Source: Candidatus Dojkabacteria bacterium
Lineage (GTDB): Bacteria; Patescibacteriota; Dojkabacteria; GCA-002793355
Length of the DNA: 64,000 nt
Reading direction: 5' to 3'
Assembly (NCBI GenBank): GCA_030583825.1
Contig: CP129477.1
Coordinates: forward strand, 622,491-686,490
A program made the translations under genes and the position numbers. Positions 46,827 to 55,502 of the stretch are shown here, in pieces. The notes beneath the pieces are model-generated. The model worked only from the letters and a program-made list of their open reading frames with translations, ran no database searches and was not told the DNA's origin. Position 1 is the stretch's first letter. Every line of letters starts with the position of its first letter.

Positions 46827-48092
46827 ATGTTTACTGCACAAAAATTAGCCGAAGATACGGTTGCAAACTTACTGAAAGTTGCTGTCGAAATTGGCGGCAA
46901 AGAGAAAGCAAAAGAGCTTGAAAAATTTCAAAAACCAGAACTAATCAAATTTATTCTCGAAGAGTCAGCAAAGAAAGATGGCTATGAATATGCCGGTGGA
47001 ACTCTCGAAATTATGAATGGCGGTGCACACGGCTTTTTACGAGTTGATGGAGTACTTCCAAGCCAAGGAGATGTTTATGTTTCTGGCACTCAAATTCAAA
47101 AATTCCATTTACGAACAGGTGATGTCGTTGAAGGTGTTGTCCGCAAGTCAAAAGAAAGCGAAAAATATCGAAACATGCTTAAAGTTGATTTCGTTGGTGG
47201 GCATCCTGCAGCAGACGTATTAAAGCGACAGCCATTTGAAAAGAAAACTCCAATTTTCCCAAATAGACAAATAAAGCTTGAGACTACCTCAGATATTCTC
47301 TCGACACGTATGATTGATATGCTTTCTCCAATTGGATTTGGACAGCGTGGTATGATCGTTGCTCCTCCAAAAGCGGGTAAAACCTGGCTTTTGAAGGATA
47401 TTGCAAACGGTATCACTGCAAACAATCCAAATGCAAAGCTTATGATCATTCTTGTTGGTGAGCGTCCTGAAGAAGTCACAGACATTCGTCGCTCGGTAAA
47501 TGGAGAAGTGATTGCATCGAACTTCGATGAAACTCCAGAAAATAACACAAAAGTCGCAGAAATGGGACTTGAAAAAGCAAAACGAATGGTAGAGTGGGGT
47601 GAAGATGTCATTATCCTTATGGATAGCATCACACGTCTTGCACGATCATATAACCTTGTGGTTCCAAGCTCAGGCCGAACACTTTCAGGTGGTTTTGACC
47701 CAGTTGCATTGTATCCTCCAAAGAAATTCTTTGGTGCTGCACGTAACTGCGAAGAGGGTGGAAGCTTAACAATCCTCGCAACTGCATTGATTAACACAGG
47801 TAGCCGTATGGATGACCTCATTTATGAGGAATTCAAAGGTACCGGTAACATGGAGCTTCATCTTGACAGAAGTCTTGCAGAGCGACGTGTCTATCCATCT
47901 ATTGATGTTACAAAATCAGGTACTCGACGTGAAGACTTGCTTCTTGATCCTTCTATGCTTCAGATGTCATGGTTACTCCGAAAGATGCTTGATACTCTTG
48001 AAAAGAACAACGAAAATCCAGCAGAAGTGCTTGTTGAAAGAATGAAAACTTCAAAGAGCAATATGGATTTCTTGAAGAACTTGAGAGCGTAG
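46827..48092 (+). CDS. rho: Transcription termination factor Rho
   Basis: N-terminal RNA-binding/CSD region, Walker A (GQRGMIVAPPKAGKTWLLKDIA), Q-loop and R-loop, catalytic C-terminus; 421 aa. Confidence 0.9.
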   Translation: MFTAQKLAEDTVANLLKVAVEIGGKEKAKELEKFQKPELIKFILEESAKKDGYEYAGGTLEIMNGGAHGFLRVDGVLPSQGDVYVSGTQIQKFHLRTGDVVEGVVRKSKESEKYRNMLKVDFVGGHPAADVLKRQPFEKKTPIFPNRQIKLETTSDILSTRMIDMLSPIGFGQRGMIVAPPKAGKTWLLKDIANGITANNPNAKLMIILVGERPEEVTDIRRSVNGEVIASNFDETPENNTKVAEMGLEKAKRMVEWGEDVIILMDSITRLARSYNLVVPSSGRTLSGGFDPVALYPPKKFFGAARNCEEGGSLTILATALINTGSRMDDLIYEEFKGTGNMELHLDRSLAERRVYPSIDVTKSGTRREDLLLDPSMLQMSWLLRKMLDTLEKNNENPAEVLVERMKTSKSNMDFLKNLRA

Positions 48093-48132
48093 CTTTTATT
48101 CCCCTCATAGGGCAATTGTCCAAGCGAGTTTA

Positions 48133-48163
48133 TTGAATACTATCCTATAATGCGGTATAATTC
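48133..48163 (+). promoter_or_regulatory. Promoter of small paralog A (TTGAAT, 17-nt spacer, TATAAT within GGTATAATTC)
   Basis: TTGAAT at 48133-48138 and TATAAT at 48156-48161. The same GGTATAATTC -10 form lies upstream of paralogs B (48656-48665) and C (49135-49144). Confidence 0.55.
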
Positions 48164-48210
48164 ACTATCAACAATTATGTTGAATCGCTCATATTCATAG
48201 GAGTTTTCTC

Positions 48211-48543
48211 ATGGGAAAGAAAGTTACCGTTAAACAGGGTGAACAGCTTGTCTTGTTAATGACGTGCCAGAATTTAGAAGTAACATTAGCAGGTGACCAT
48301 CAAAGCGATGTTTCCCAGTTTGGTGAAGTCAGCTATGATGTTGATGAATGGAATGATTGGACTTATCTTTCTCCCTTTGAAGGGAAAGAACTACATATTT
48401 CTGATTTGCCAACTATCCCGTTTGGAATTTATTTCCACGATGTTGGGGAAGAATTCACTATACGGTTTACTCCGACTAAAGAAATGACTGTTCTAGTAGA
48501 AAGTATTGATGTTGGAACTATTCCACTTTCTACGCTAGATTAG
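48211..48543 (+). CDS. Small hypothetical protein, paralog A of a four-gene tandem family
   Basis: 110 aa with RBS AGGAG. Shares the N-terminal pattern KKVTVKQGEQ...LEVTLAG and the C-terminal motif (TIPLSTLD) with the three downstream genes. Confidence 0.6.
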   Translation: MGKKVTVKQGEQLVLLMTCQNLEVTLAGDHQSDVSQFGEVSYDVDEWNDWTYLSPFEGKELHISDLPTIPFGIYFHDVGEEFTIRFTPTKEMTVLVESIDVGTIPLSTLD

Positions 48544-48697
48544 TCTATATGAGTTACGCTGGGGAGAAAACAGTTGCATCTTCGAATACAGAAGTTTTTT
48601 CCCTTGCCTAACACCTTTTTTCAATTAAAACTCTCTCTTTATATCTTATAGTTGTGGTATAATTCTTGGACGTTCGATCATCTAGGAGCACGTGTAT

Positions 48698-49015
48698 ATG
48701 CTGAAGATTCAGGTGGGAAAGAATACGCCAAGTTTCGCACGGACTGTCGTTGTTAAAGCTACCAGCGCTGGGAAGCTTGTTATCCTGGCGGATGAAGAGG
48801 AGGTATCAATATCAGACGCGTCATCTAACATTGAAACAGTCATTACTGGCACGAATCCCACAGGAGTTTTGGTAAACGGAGTGAAGTATGACTCTGTTAT
48901 TGTTGTCACTAATACAGGGATGACAGAATTCTCTTGGTCGGTAAATTTTGGGCAACGGTACTATAACGAAAAGCTTCCAATCACCATAACACCTATGGCT
49001 ATGTCCAATGATTGA
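48698..49015 (+). CDS. Small hypothetical protein, paralog B
   Basis: MLKIQVGKNTPSFARTVVVKA... and C-terminal KLPITITPMAM. RBS AGGAG 9 nt upstream, own promoter TGGTATAATTC, own terminator downstream. Confidence 0.6.
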   Translation: MLKIQVGKNTPSFARTVVVKATSAGKLVILADEEEVSISDASSNIETVITGTNPTGVLVNGVKYDSVIVVTNTGMTEFSWSVNFGQRYYNEKLPITITPMAMSND

Positions 49016-49176
49016 AGAACGCCGGCAGGGCAGAGTATATAACACAATACATCCCTGCAGGCTTTTTTCCTTTTCGAATGTTAACTTTATGTAGTCAGTT
49101 CTCCCCATATTTCTTTACTTTGTACGTATTATAGGGTATAATTCGAGAGTGTTTTTTAGCGAAAGGAACGTAGAAA

Positions 49177-49473
49177 GTGGTACTTGAAGTGCAAATTGGC
49201 GAAGGTAACCCCTTCACGGTAGAAACAGTCTTTGTTGAGGGTGAAGACGATGTAGTTACGCGCCTCTTCATTGATGATGAAGAACTTGTTCCTGAGTTTC
49301 CAGTTCGTGTTCATGTTCGAGCTTTTGGCGGAATCCAAACCTCCAATGCGGGCAATCATGACGAAATGACTGTGTACTTAGGTATCCACCAAATGCCCGA
49401 TGCGGCGTATTTCAAGGATGGGATAGCCAGCCAGAAAGTTCGCAATTTCCCCGTTGAAATCACCGCGCTATGA
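49177..49473 (+). CDS. Small hypothetical protein, paralog C (GTG start)
   Basis: VLEVQIGEGNPFTVETVFVEG... clearly aligns with paralog B's LKIQVGKNTPSFARTVVVKA; C-terminal NFPVEITAL. Confidence 0.6.
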   Translation: MVLEVQIGEGNPFTVETVFVEGEDDVVTRLFIDDEELVPEFPVRVHVRAFGGIQTSNAGNHDEMTVYLGIHQMPDAAYFKDGIASQKVRNFPVEITAL

Positions 49474-49648
49474 CCGACCCTAAAAACTAAAAAACTTTTT
49501 ATGAACCAGCCGGGATATCCCAAATGAAAATATATCCCCGCTGGTTTTTCCTTTTATTTTCCTCTAGAAATTCGCAAACACCTTTATTTATTCCGCATTA
49601 TAGGATACAATACTATATCGCACATTGTATAGCTTGGAGTTCATTATC

Positions 49649-49978
49649 ATGTTAGTGAAGTTGGTAGTAAAGAACGGTGACAGCACCAAAGTAATCTTGA
49701 CCCCCAAAGTTGAGATTGATGCAGAGTGGAATATTCTCGCACACGTCCCTGTAGAAATAGAAGGGTATACAAGCATAGAAATTCATAATGCTTCGGGTAA
49801 CCTTAGAGAAGTGAGACTCTCTTTTGGTGAACGTTCTGTGTCCTGCATCTGGGCAACTATCTATCTCAATAAGCCCGGAAACTATATATTCTTTTTTCCA
49901 CCGAGAGATAGTGGCATCCCGACCCCAGAGTGGTTTATTTACACAAAAGAACTTCCTCTCACTATCACCGCGTCCTAA
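49649..49978 (+). CDS. Small hypothetical protein, paralog D
   Basis: MLVKLVVKNGDSTKVILTPKVE... with C-terminal ELPLTITAS. Preceded by a terminator (CCAGCCGGGATAT...ATATCCCCGCTGGTTTTT) and a -10 TACAAT. Confidence 0.55.
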   Translation: MLVKLVVKNGDSTKVILTPKVEIDAEWNILAHVPVEIEGYTSIEIHNASGNLREVRLSFGERSVSCIWATIYLNKPGNYIFFFPPRDSGIPTPEWFIYTKELPLTITAS

Positions 49979-50254
49979 ACATCCATTAATCCCCAGCAGG
50001 GAAAAATTTCTCATAATTTGCAACCTCCCTGCCGGTATACCCCTTAGACTTTCAGAAACTTCTCCCTCAATATCCTTTCCAATTTTGTCTCGATCAAACA
50101 AAACTCACGACAAAACTCTCTTTACACTTCACCTGTTCGCTCTCCAACTCATAAAATAGATATATCCTAGAGGAAAATATCTTGTTCACACTACAATACT
50201 CAATTTCAACATACAAAATTTGCGGGGGAATGCTCATGCTGTTATACTGTCTCC

Positions 50255-51760
50255 ATGATGTATCTACGCCCCAAGAAGTTAGATATCTTTGGTGACAAAA
50301 CGTCCCTAGAAATCTATATCAATAAAGAAACTGCCGATCAATCCGGTATTAAAGAGGGAGACCTCATTGATTTATCCTTTGCAACACTTGAAACAGGCGC
50401 AATTGCCGTTCTTACTGACACTCTTGTAGACGTCAGCGAAGTCGGTCTACCTGCCAGCTTGTGGACAGTTCATCCTGTTTCTTCGGAAGAATTAGTCGCA
50501 CTCGATGTTCAGGGTCAGGCAAAATCTATTCACTATATTCGAAAAAAGATTCTCGGTCAGCCATTAAACTACGAAGAAATTCGTGAAATTATGTACGACA
50601 TTGCAAAGCGACGTCTTTCACCTGTTGAAATGACATATTTCGCGTCAGCATCGTATAGTCCTGGGTTTTCAGAAGAAGAAATGCATTTTCTTACTAAAGG
50701 AATGGCAGAAACCGGAACAATCATGGACTTCAAAAAGATGGGTGAGTTTGTCGTTGATAAGCACTCGATTGGAGGATTGCCATCAAAAGGTGTGACTCCT
50801 GTATTAGTATCGCTTATGGCGTCACTCGGATTCATTATTCCTAACACAAGCACTCGAGCAATTACGTCTCCAGCGGGAACGTCTGACGTTCTTGAAACGA
50901 TGATGCCGGTTGATCTTACAGAACATGAAATCTACGATGTCGTAGGCAAAACAAACGGATGTTTAGTATGGGGTGGAGGTCTTGATCTTGCTCCTGCAGA
51001 CGACATTCTTATTCAGATTGAACGGCCATTGCATGTGGAATCGTATGACAAATTCATTGTTAGTATTATTGCCAAAAAGATAGCAACAGGAATTACACAT
51101 TTGATTCTTGATATCCCGTATGGAACAGGTACAAAAGTCCCTGATGCAGATGTTCCAGTTGTTGCTGGCGCATTTGAAAAGCTCTGTGCAAAGTTTGGTA
51201 TTAAAGTATTTGTATACAAGCGAACTTCTCGAGGAGTAGATGGAAACGGTATTGGGCCAGTATTGGAAGCACGAGATGTTTTATGGGTTCTGGAAAGAGA
51301 TAGTCGCCGACCAGTTGGTCTTGAAAATATCACACTTGATATGGCTGCACGCCTTATCGAAATTACCGGAAAACATACATACGAAGAAGCATTTAAACTC
51401 CTGCGTGAGCAGCTTGAGTCAAAGAAAGCATTGAAAAAGTTCTGGGAAATGGCCCGTGCACAGGGGGCGCAAGTAGAAATGAAAGGTGACGATATGATCC
51501 CAGGAAGCTATACATTTGACGTTGTAGCGCCAAAGTCAGGCACAATTGATCGCTATGATCCTCATGCAATCGTTGTTCTTACTAAAGCATTGGGAGCACC
51601 ATATGTTAAAAAAGCAGGAATTTATATTCGTCATCAACCGGGAGATTCTGTTAAAGAGGGCGATATTATCGCAACATTACACGCCGAAAGCGCAAATCGT
51701 TTGGCACTTGCAAAGCGAGTATTAGAAGAACAGAAAGAGAAGTTAGTGAGCTTTTCCTGA
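50255..51760 (+). CDS. AMP phosphorylase / thymidine-phosphorylase-family nucleoside phosphorylase (archaeal-type DeoA, ~500 aa with an extra N-terminal domain)
   Basis: DKHSIGGLPSKGVTPVLVSLMASLG...TSTRAITSPAGTSDVLE corresponds to the TP-family phosphate/glycosyl-binding core. The N-terminal LRPKKLDIFGDKTSLEIYINKETADQSGIKEGDLIDL and the 501-aa length resemble AMP phosphorylases rather than ~440-aa thymidine phosphorylases. Confidence 0.65.
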   Translation: MMYLRPKKLDIFGDKTSLEIYINKETADQSGIKEGDLIDLSFATLETGAIAVLTDTLVDVSEVGLPASLWTVHPVSSEELVALDVQGQAKSIHYIRKKILGQPLNYEEIREIMYDIAKRRLSPVEMTYFASASYSPGFSEEEMHFLTKGMAETGTIMDFKKMGEFVVDKHSIGGLPSKGVTPVLVSLMASLGFIIPNTSTRAITSPAGTSDVLETMMPVDLTEHEIYDVVGKTNGCLVWGGGLDLAPADDILIQIERPLHVESYDKFIVSIIAKKIATGITHLILDIPYGTGTKVPDADVPVVAGAFEKLCAKFGIKVFVYKRTSRGVDGNGIGPVLEARDVLWVLERDSRRPVGLENITLDMAARLIEITGKHTYEEAFKLLREQLESKKALKKFWEMARAQGAQVEMKGDDMIPGSYTFDVVAPKSGTIDRYDPHAIVVLTKALGAPYVKKAGIYIRHQPGDSVKEGDIIATLHAESANRLALAKRVLEEQKEKLVSFS

Positions 51761-51920
51761 TAGTAAGGACTTTGAAGAAAAAGCGGAACCGAGCAAAAAG
51801 ATAACTGACGTTATGTTTTGCGAAGGAGGTTAGAAGGCAATACAAAATCGTATGAAAGTGTAAGTGTAAAAAATAGAGAATAAGTACTAAAAAAAATTTA
51901 ATTTTGATCGGTAAAGGGAA

Positions 51921-53312
51921 ATGAAAGTGTCCTTTTTTGGAGCGAGTGGTGGCATTGTCACAGGCTCTTGCTATCTGATGGAAGTAGGCGATTTAAAAGT
52001 AGTTCTGGATTGTGGAATGTTCCAGGGTGAAGAAAAAATCGAAGAGTTAAACTATCGTGAGTGGCCATTTAATCCGGAAGAAGTTAATTTCCTTATTCTT
52101 ACACACGCTCATCTCGATCATACAGGACTTATCCCAAAATTTGTAAAAGATGGGTTTAAGGGCCGTATTATCAGTACCGATGCAACAAAACAACTTGCTG
52201 AAATCATTATGCTTGATGCAGCAAAGCTTCAGGAAGAGGCTGAGAAGCGTAACGAGAGTTCAGAGGCATTAACTCGACACACTGGGCCTTTATACACAAA
52301 AGAAGATGTCGAAAACACTATGGATCTTTTTGAAGTACATCCATACCATGAAATTGTCCGCCTTCGAGATAATTTTTCCTTTAGAATGCGTGAAGCAGGG
52401 CATATCTTGGGTTCTGCAACTGTCGAAATTTGGTTTAAAAACTCACAAGGACGAGAAAGGAAAATGGTATTTTCCGGTGACATTGGTCAAACTGGTGCAC
52501 GTATCATTCGTGATCCTGATTTTGTCCGCGAAGCCGATTATGTTGTTGTTGAAAGTACCTATGGTTCACGTAACCACAAAGATAAGAGTGCAACACTTTT
52601 GGAAATGCTTGCAATTCTTAATGAAGCATCAAGAACAGGCGGAAATGTCATTATTCCAACATTTGCAGTAGAGCGAGCACAGGAAATTTTGTATGAAATT
52701 AACCTTTTTGTAGAAAGAGGCGTATTACAGGGCTTAAAGTTCTATTTAGACAGCCCGCTTGCCATTCGAGCAACCGAAATTTTTAGACAATATAGAAAAT
52801 ATTACGACGAAGATGCAATTGCATTACTTCGCGCTGGAGATGATCCATTTTCATTTAGAGGATTGTTCTACACCCAAGGATCAAAAGAATCTATGAAACT
52901 TGCAACCGAAACATCGGCTGTTATTATGGCAGGAAGCGGAATGTGTAATGGAGGACGTGTTGTTCATCATTTGAAGAATCATTTGCCAAATGCTAATAAC
53001 CATGTGCTTTTTGTAGGATTCCAGGTTCCAGGTACATTGGGTCGCCGACTTGTTGATGGTGAACCAACAGTAAGAATCCATGGTCAGGAAGTGGAAGTAA
53101 AGGCAAAAATCCACACTCTTGGTGGTTTTTCGGCACATGCTGATCAAACAGACTTGTTGTATTGGTTGAGAAGCTTTGGACATAGTCCAAAGGAAGTGTT
53201 TATAACCCACGGAGATTCCGTGAATCGAGAAGGACTCGCAAAGAAAGTCGTTGAGGAGCTACAATTGAATACACATCTTCCCAATATTGGGGACAGTTTC
53301 GACCTTGAATAG
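51921..53312 (+). CDS. Beta-CASP family metallo-beta-lactamase ribonuclease (RNase J / CPSF-like)
   Basis: MBL motif LILTHAHLDHTG, beta-CASP motifs and C-terminal GGFSAHAD, HGDS; 463 aa. Confidence 0.75.
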   Translation: MKVSFFGASGGIVTGSCYLMEVGDLKVVLDCGMFQGEEKIEELNYREWPFNPEEVNFLILTHAHLDHTGLIPKFVKDGFKGRIISTDATKQLAEIIMLDAAKLQEEAEKRNESSEALTRHTGPLYTKEDVENTMDLFEVHPYHEIVRLRDNFSFRMREAGHILGSATVEIWFKNSQGRERKMVFSGDIGQTGARIIRDPDFVREADYVVVESTYGSRNHKDKSATLLEMLAILNEASRTGGNVIIPTFAVERAQEILYEINLFVERGVLQGLKFYLDSPLAIRATEIFRQYRKYYDEDAIALLRAGDDPFSFRGLFYTQGSKESMKLATETSAVIMAGSGMCNGGRVVHHLKNHLPNANNHVLFVGFQVPGTLGRRLVDGEPTVRIHGQEVEVKAKIHTLGGFSAHADQTDLLYWLRSFGHSPKEVFITHGDSVNREGLAKKVVEELQLNTHLPNIGDSFDLE

Positions 53313-53542
53313 GTAGGTAGGGTGGTGTATAATACTATGCATGTCGTTATTTCAGACAGTGTAGTACATGCAATCCTCGGAGCGGTGTCACATAGTGATG
53401 CCAGGGGGAGTTGCTTCGAGTTTTCTCGGGCAGCCAAGCTCCAGCGCATACAATCTAAAAACTAAGACCGTTATGTATGTGTCACTTTCTTACTAACTCG
53501 TCAGATTCTACAGTAGGGGAGCGCTAAAATTATAGTTTAGTC

Positions 53543-54814
53543 ATGTCAGAAGAACAGCCTCTTATAGGTACGGACTTTTCGGGATATATTGAACTAAAGA
53601 GAAAAAACCAACTGTTGTCGCTCGAGAACGACGACGCGAATCCATTATTGTTTGTAAAAAATATTGCAGGGTGGATCGTGTGGCGATCATTGCGAATTGT
53701 ATCTGGAATGCTTTCGTTTATCATTTTCTTACAGCGTGCAGTTATCAATCTTAAAACAGACATGCTTCAGATGTTCTATTGGGGAAGAAGCGCATCATTT
53801 GGCGTATTCTTACAGTCAGTCGCAGTATTTATTCTTGTAATTCTTGGATTCACATTCTTTGTAGGTGGTAGTACGGCGCTTTTAGATAGTCCAGCAAGTG
53901 CAGGACAGGAAGTTTCTGTAGAAAACTATGCTGCCTCATCACAATCGGACATTCTTATTCAAACCGGATCTCTTGAAACACAGCTTCCACAGGAACTTCA
54001 GCGTATCGAAATGGTTATTTATACCGTAAAGCCAGGTGATTCTATTGAGACAATTGCTGAACGATTTGAGCTTAACTTGGACAGCATCCGCTGGGCAAAC
54101 GATATTAAAGCAGGCGACACTATTAAATCGGGTCAACAGCTTCGTATTCCTCCGGGAGAAGGAGTCATGTATAAGGTACAGGATGGTGATAACCTCGAAA
54201 TTATTGCAGCAAAAACAAATTCGTCGCAGCAGGCAATTGCAGATGTAAACTTGCTCGATAAAACTGGAAATGTCGCTACGGGTTCAGAATTATTTATTCC
54301 AAATGGAACATTGCCCCAACCGACAAAGGCTCCAACAGTTGCACGTCCGGCAGTTGTACGACGCACAAACCCAGTACCAGCACCTCCAGCGGCAACACGA
54401 TTTTTAAGCTGGCCAGTGCAAAGCGGTGGTGGTTATATTTCACAATGTCCTAACGCATACCATGTTGCAATAGATATTGCTTCAGGTGGTGGAGGAACTC
54501 CAAATCTTGTTGCTGCAGCTCCAGGATTGGTTACATATGCAGGCTATCATAATAGTGGATACGCATGGGTTGTAGAAATTGACCACGGAAACGGATATTC
54601 TTCGCTATACGCTCATATGGTTCCTCAATCTATTACGGTTAGTGGCGGTCAATATGTTGATAGAGGTCAAGTTATTGGACGAATGGGACAATCGGGTCTT
54701 GCAACAGGTATTCACGTTCACTTTGAGCTTTCTCAGGGTGGAGGATTGAAGCGAAGTAAGCGTAAGCTTGTACCTCCTGCAGCGTATATGATTAATAGTT
54801 ATTGTGGATATTAA
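53543..54814 (+). CDS. Membrane-anchored LysM-LysM-M23 peptidase (peptidoglycan endopeptidase)
   Basis: TM helices, two LysM domains (YTVKPGDSIETIAERFELNLDSIRWAND...; YKVQDGDNLEIIAAKTNSSQQAIADVN), and M23 motifs HVAIDIA...GYAWVVEIDHGNGYSSLYAHM...TGIHVHFEL. Confidence 0.8.
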   Translation: MSEEQPLIGTDFSGYIELKRKNQLLSLENDDANPLLFVKNIAGWIVWRSLRIVSGMLSFIIFLQRAVINLKTDMLQMFYWGRSASFGVFLQSVAVFILVILGFTFFVGGSTALLDSPASAGQEVSVENYAASSQSDILIQTGSLETQLPQELQRIEMVIYTVKPGDSIETIAERFELNLDSIRWANDIKAGDTIKSGQQLRIPPGEGVMYKVQDGDNLEIIAAKTNSSQQAIADVNLLDKTGNVATGSELFIPNGTLPQPTKAPTVARPAVVRRTNPVPAPPAATRFLSWPVQSGGGYISQCPNAYHVAIDIASGGGGTPNLVAAAPGLVTYAGYHNSGYAWVVEIDHGNGYSSLYAHMVPQSITVSGGQYVDRGQVIGRMGQSGLATGIHVHFELSQGGGLKRSKRKLVPPAAYMINSYCGY

Positions 54815-55502
54815 ACCTGCATCACGTTCATAAAAAGAATGCTCAGCTTTTAACGCGTAACAAGTACGCTAAGCTTGCGCGCTTTTTACTCGCGCTCTTC
54901 GGTTTTTCAAGTGCTACGGCTTGCGGGATATTTTCAAATTCTCCTCATGCTATCATTGGCCCTGTGCGTGCTTTTTACTCATACTCTTCGGATTACTGAG
55001 TCTTATCAATCGTGGGACGTTTTCACTCGCTCCTCAGTGCATCGTTCGAATTCGTCTCAATGCCCAAAGGTTTGATAGCCACGTATATCCTACAAACACT
55101 TTGGGATTTCGACTCACCTTCGCTCTGCATGAGTACATGTTCTTTGTAACCTGACTTATTTCCCTTAGAAACCTTAAAATATGCGAATTTTGTGGGTGGC
55201 TTCTAATATTGCTAAGGCAGCTTATATGCTTGTAGAAGTATATAGATAATGCCCGGAGAGTCTTTACTTTCTACAAGGCGCTAGCAGTTATTTCATTCTC
55301 TGCTAGTAGGTTCTTGGGGTTAAAATATAGGGCTAAATGTCGTGATAGTATCGGTAACCCCGTATAAAAACGAATATAAATACTTTTGGTATACTGTTTT
55401 CAGAGAATATAACTCTCAGGTATTGGCATTTTTATAATCTTCTGTTAGGATGTATGCAAGTACTTGTGACACAAGAAAAATTTTAGTAGCATATTACTAA
55501 TT

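Noticed and set aside
54860-55040. Possible degenerate CRISPR array (repeats GCTTTTTACTCGCGCTCTTCGG)
   Set aside because: Only two to three degenerate copies with unequal spacing (about 88 and 58 nt), no cas genes nearby, and the repeats are not palindromic in the usual way.
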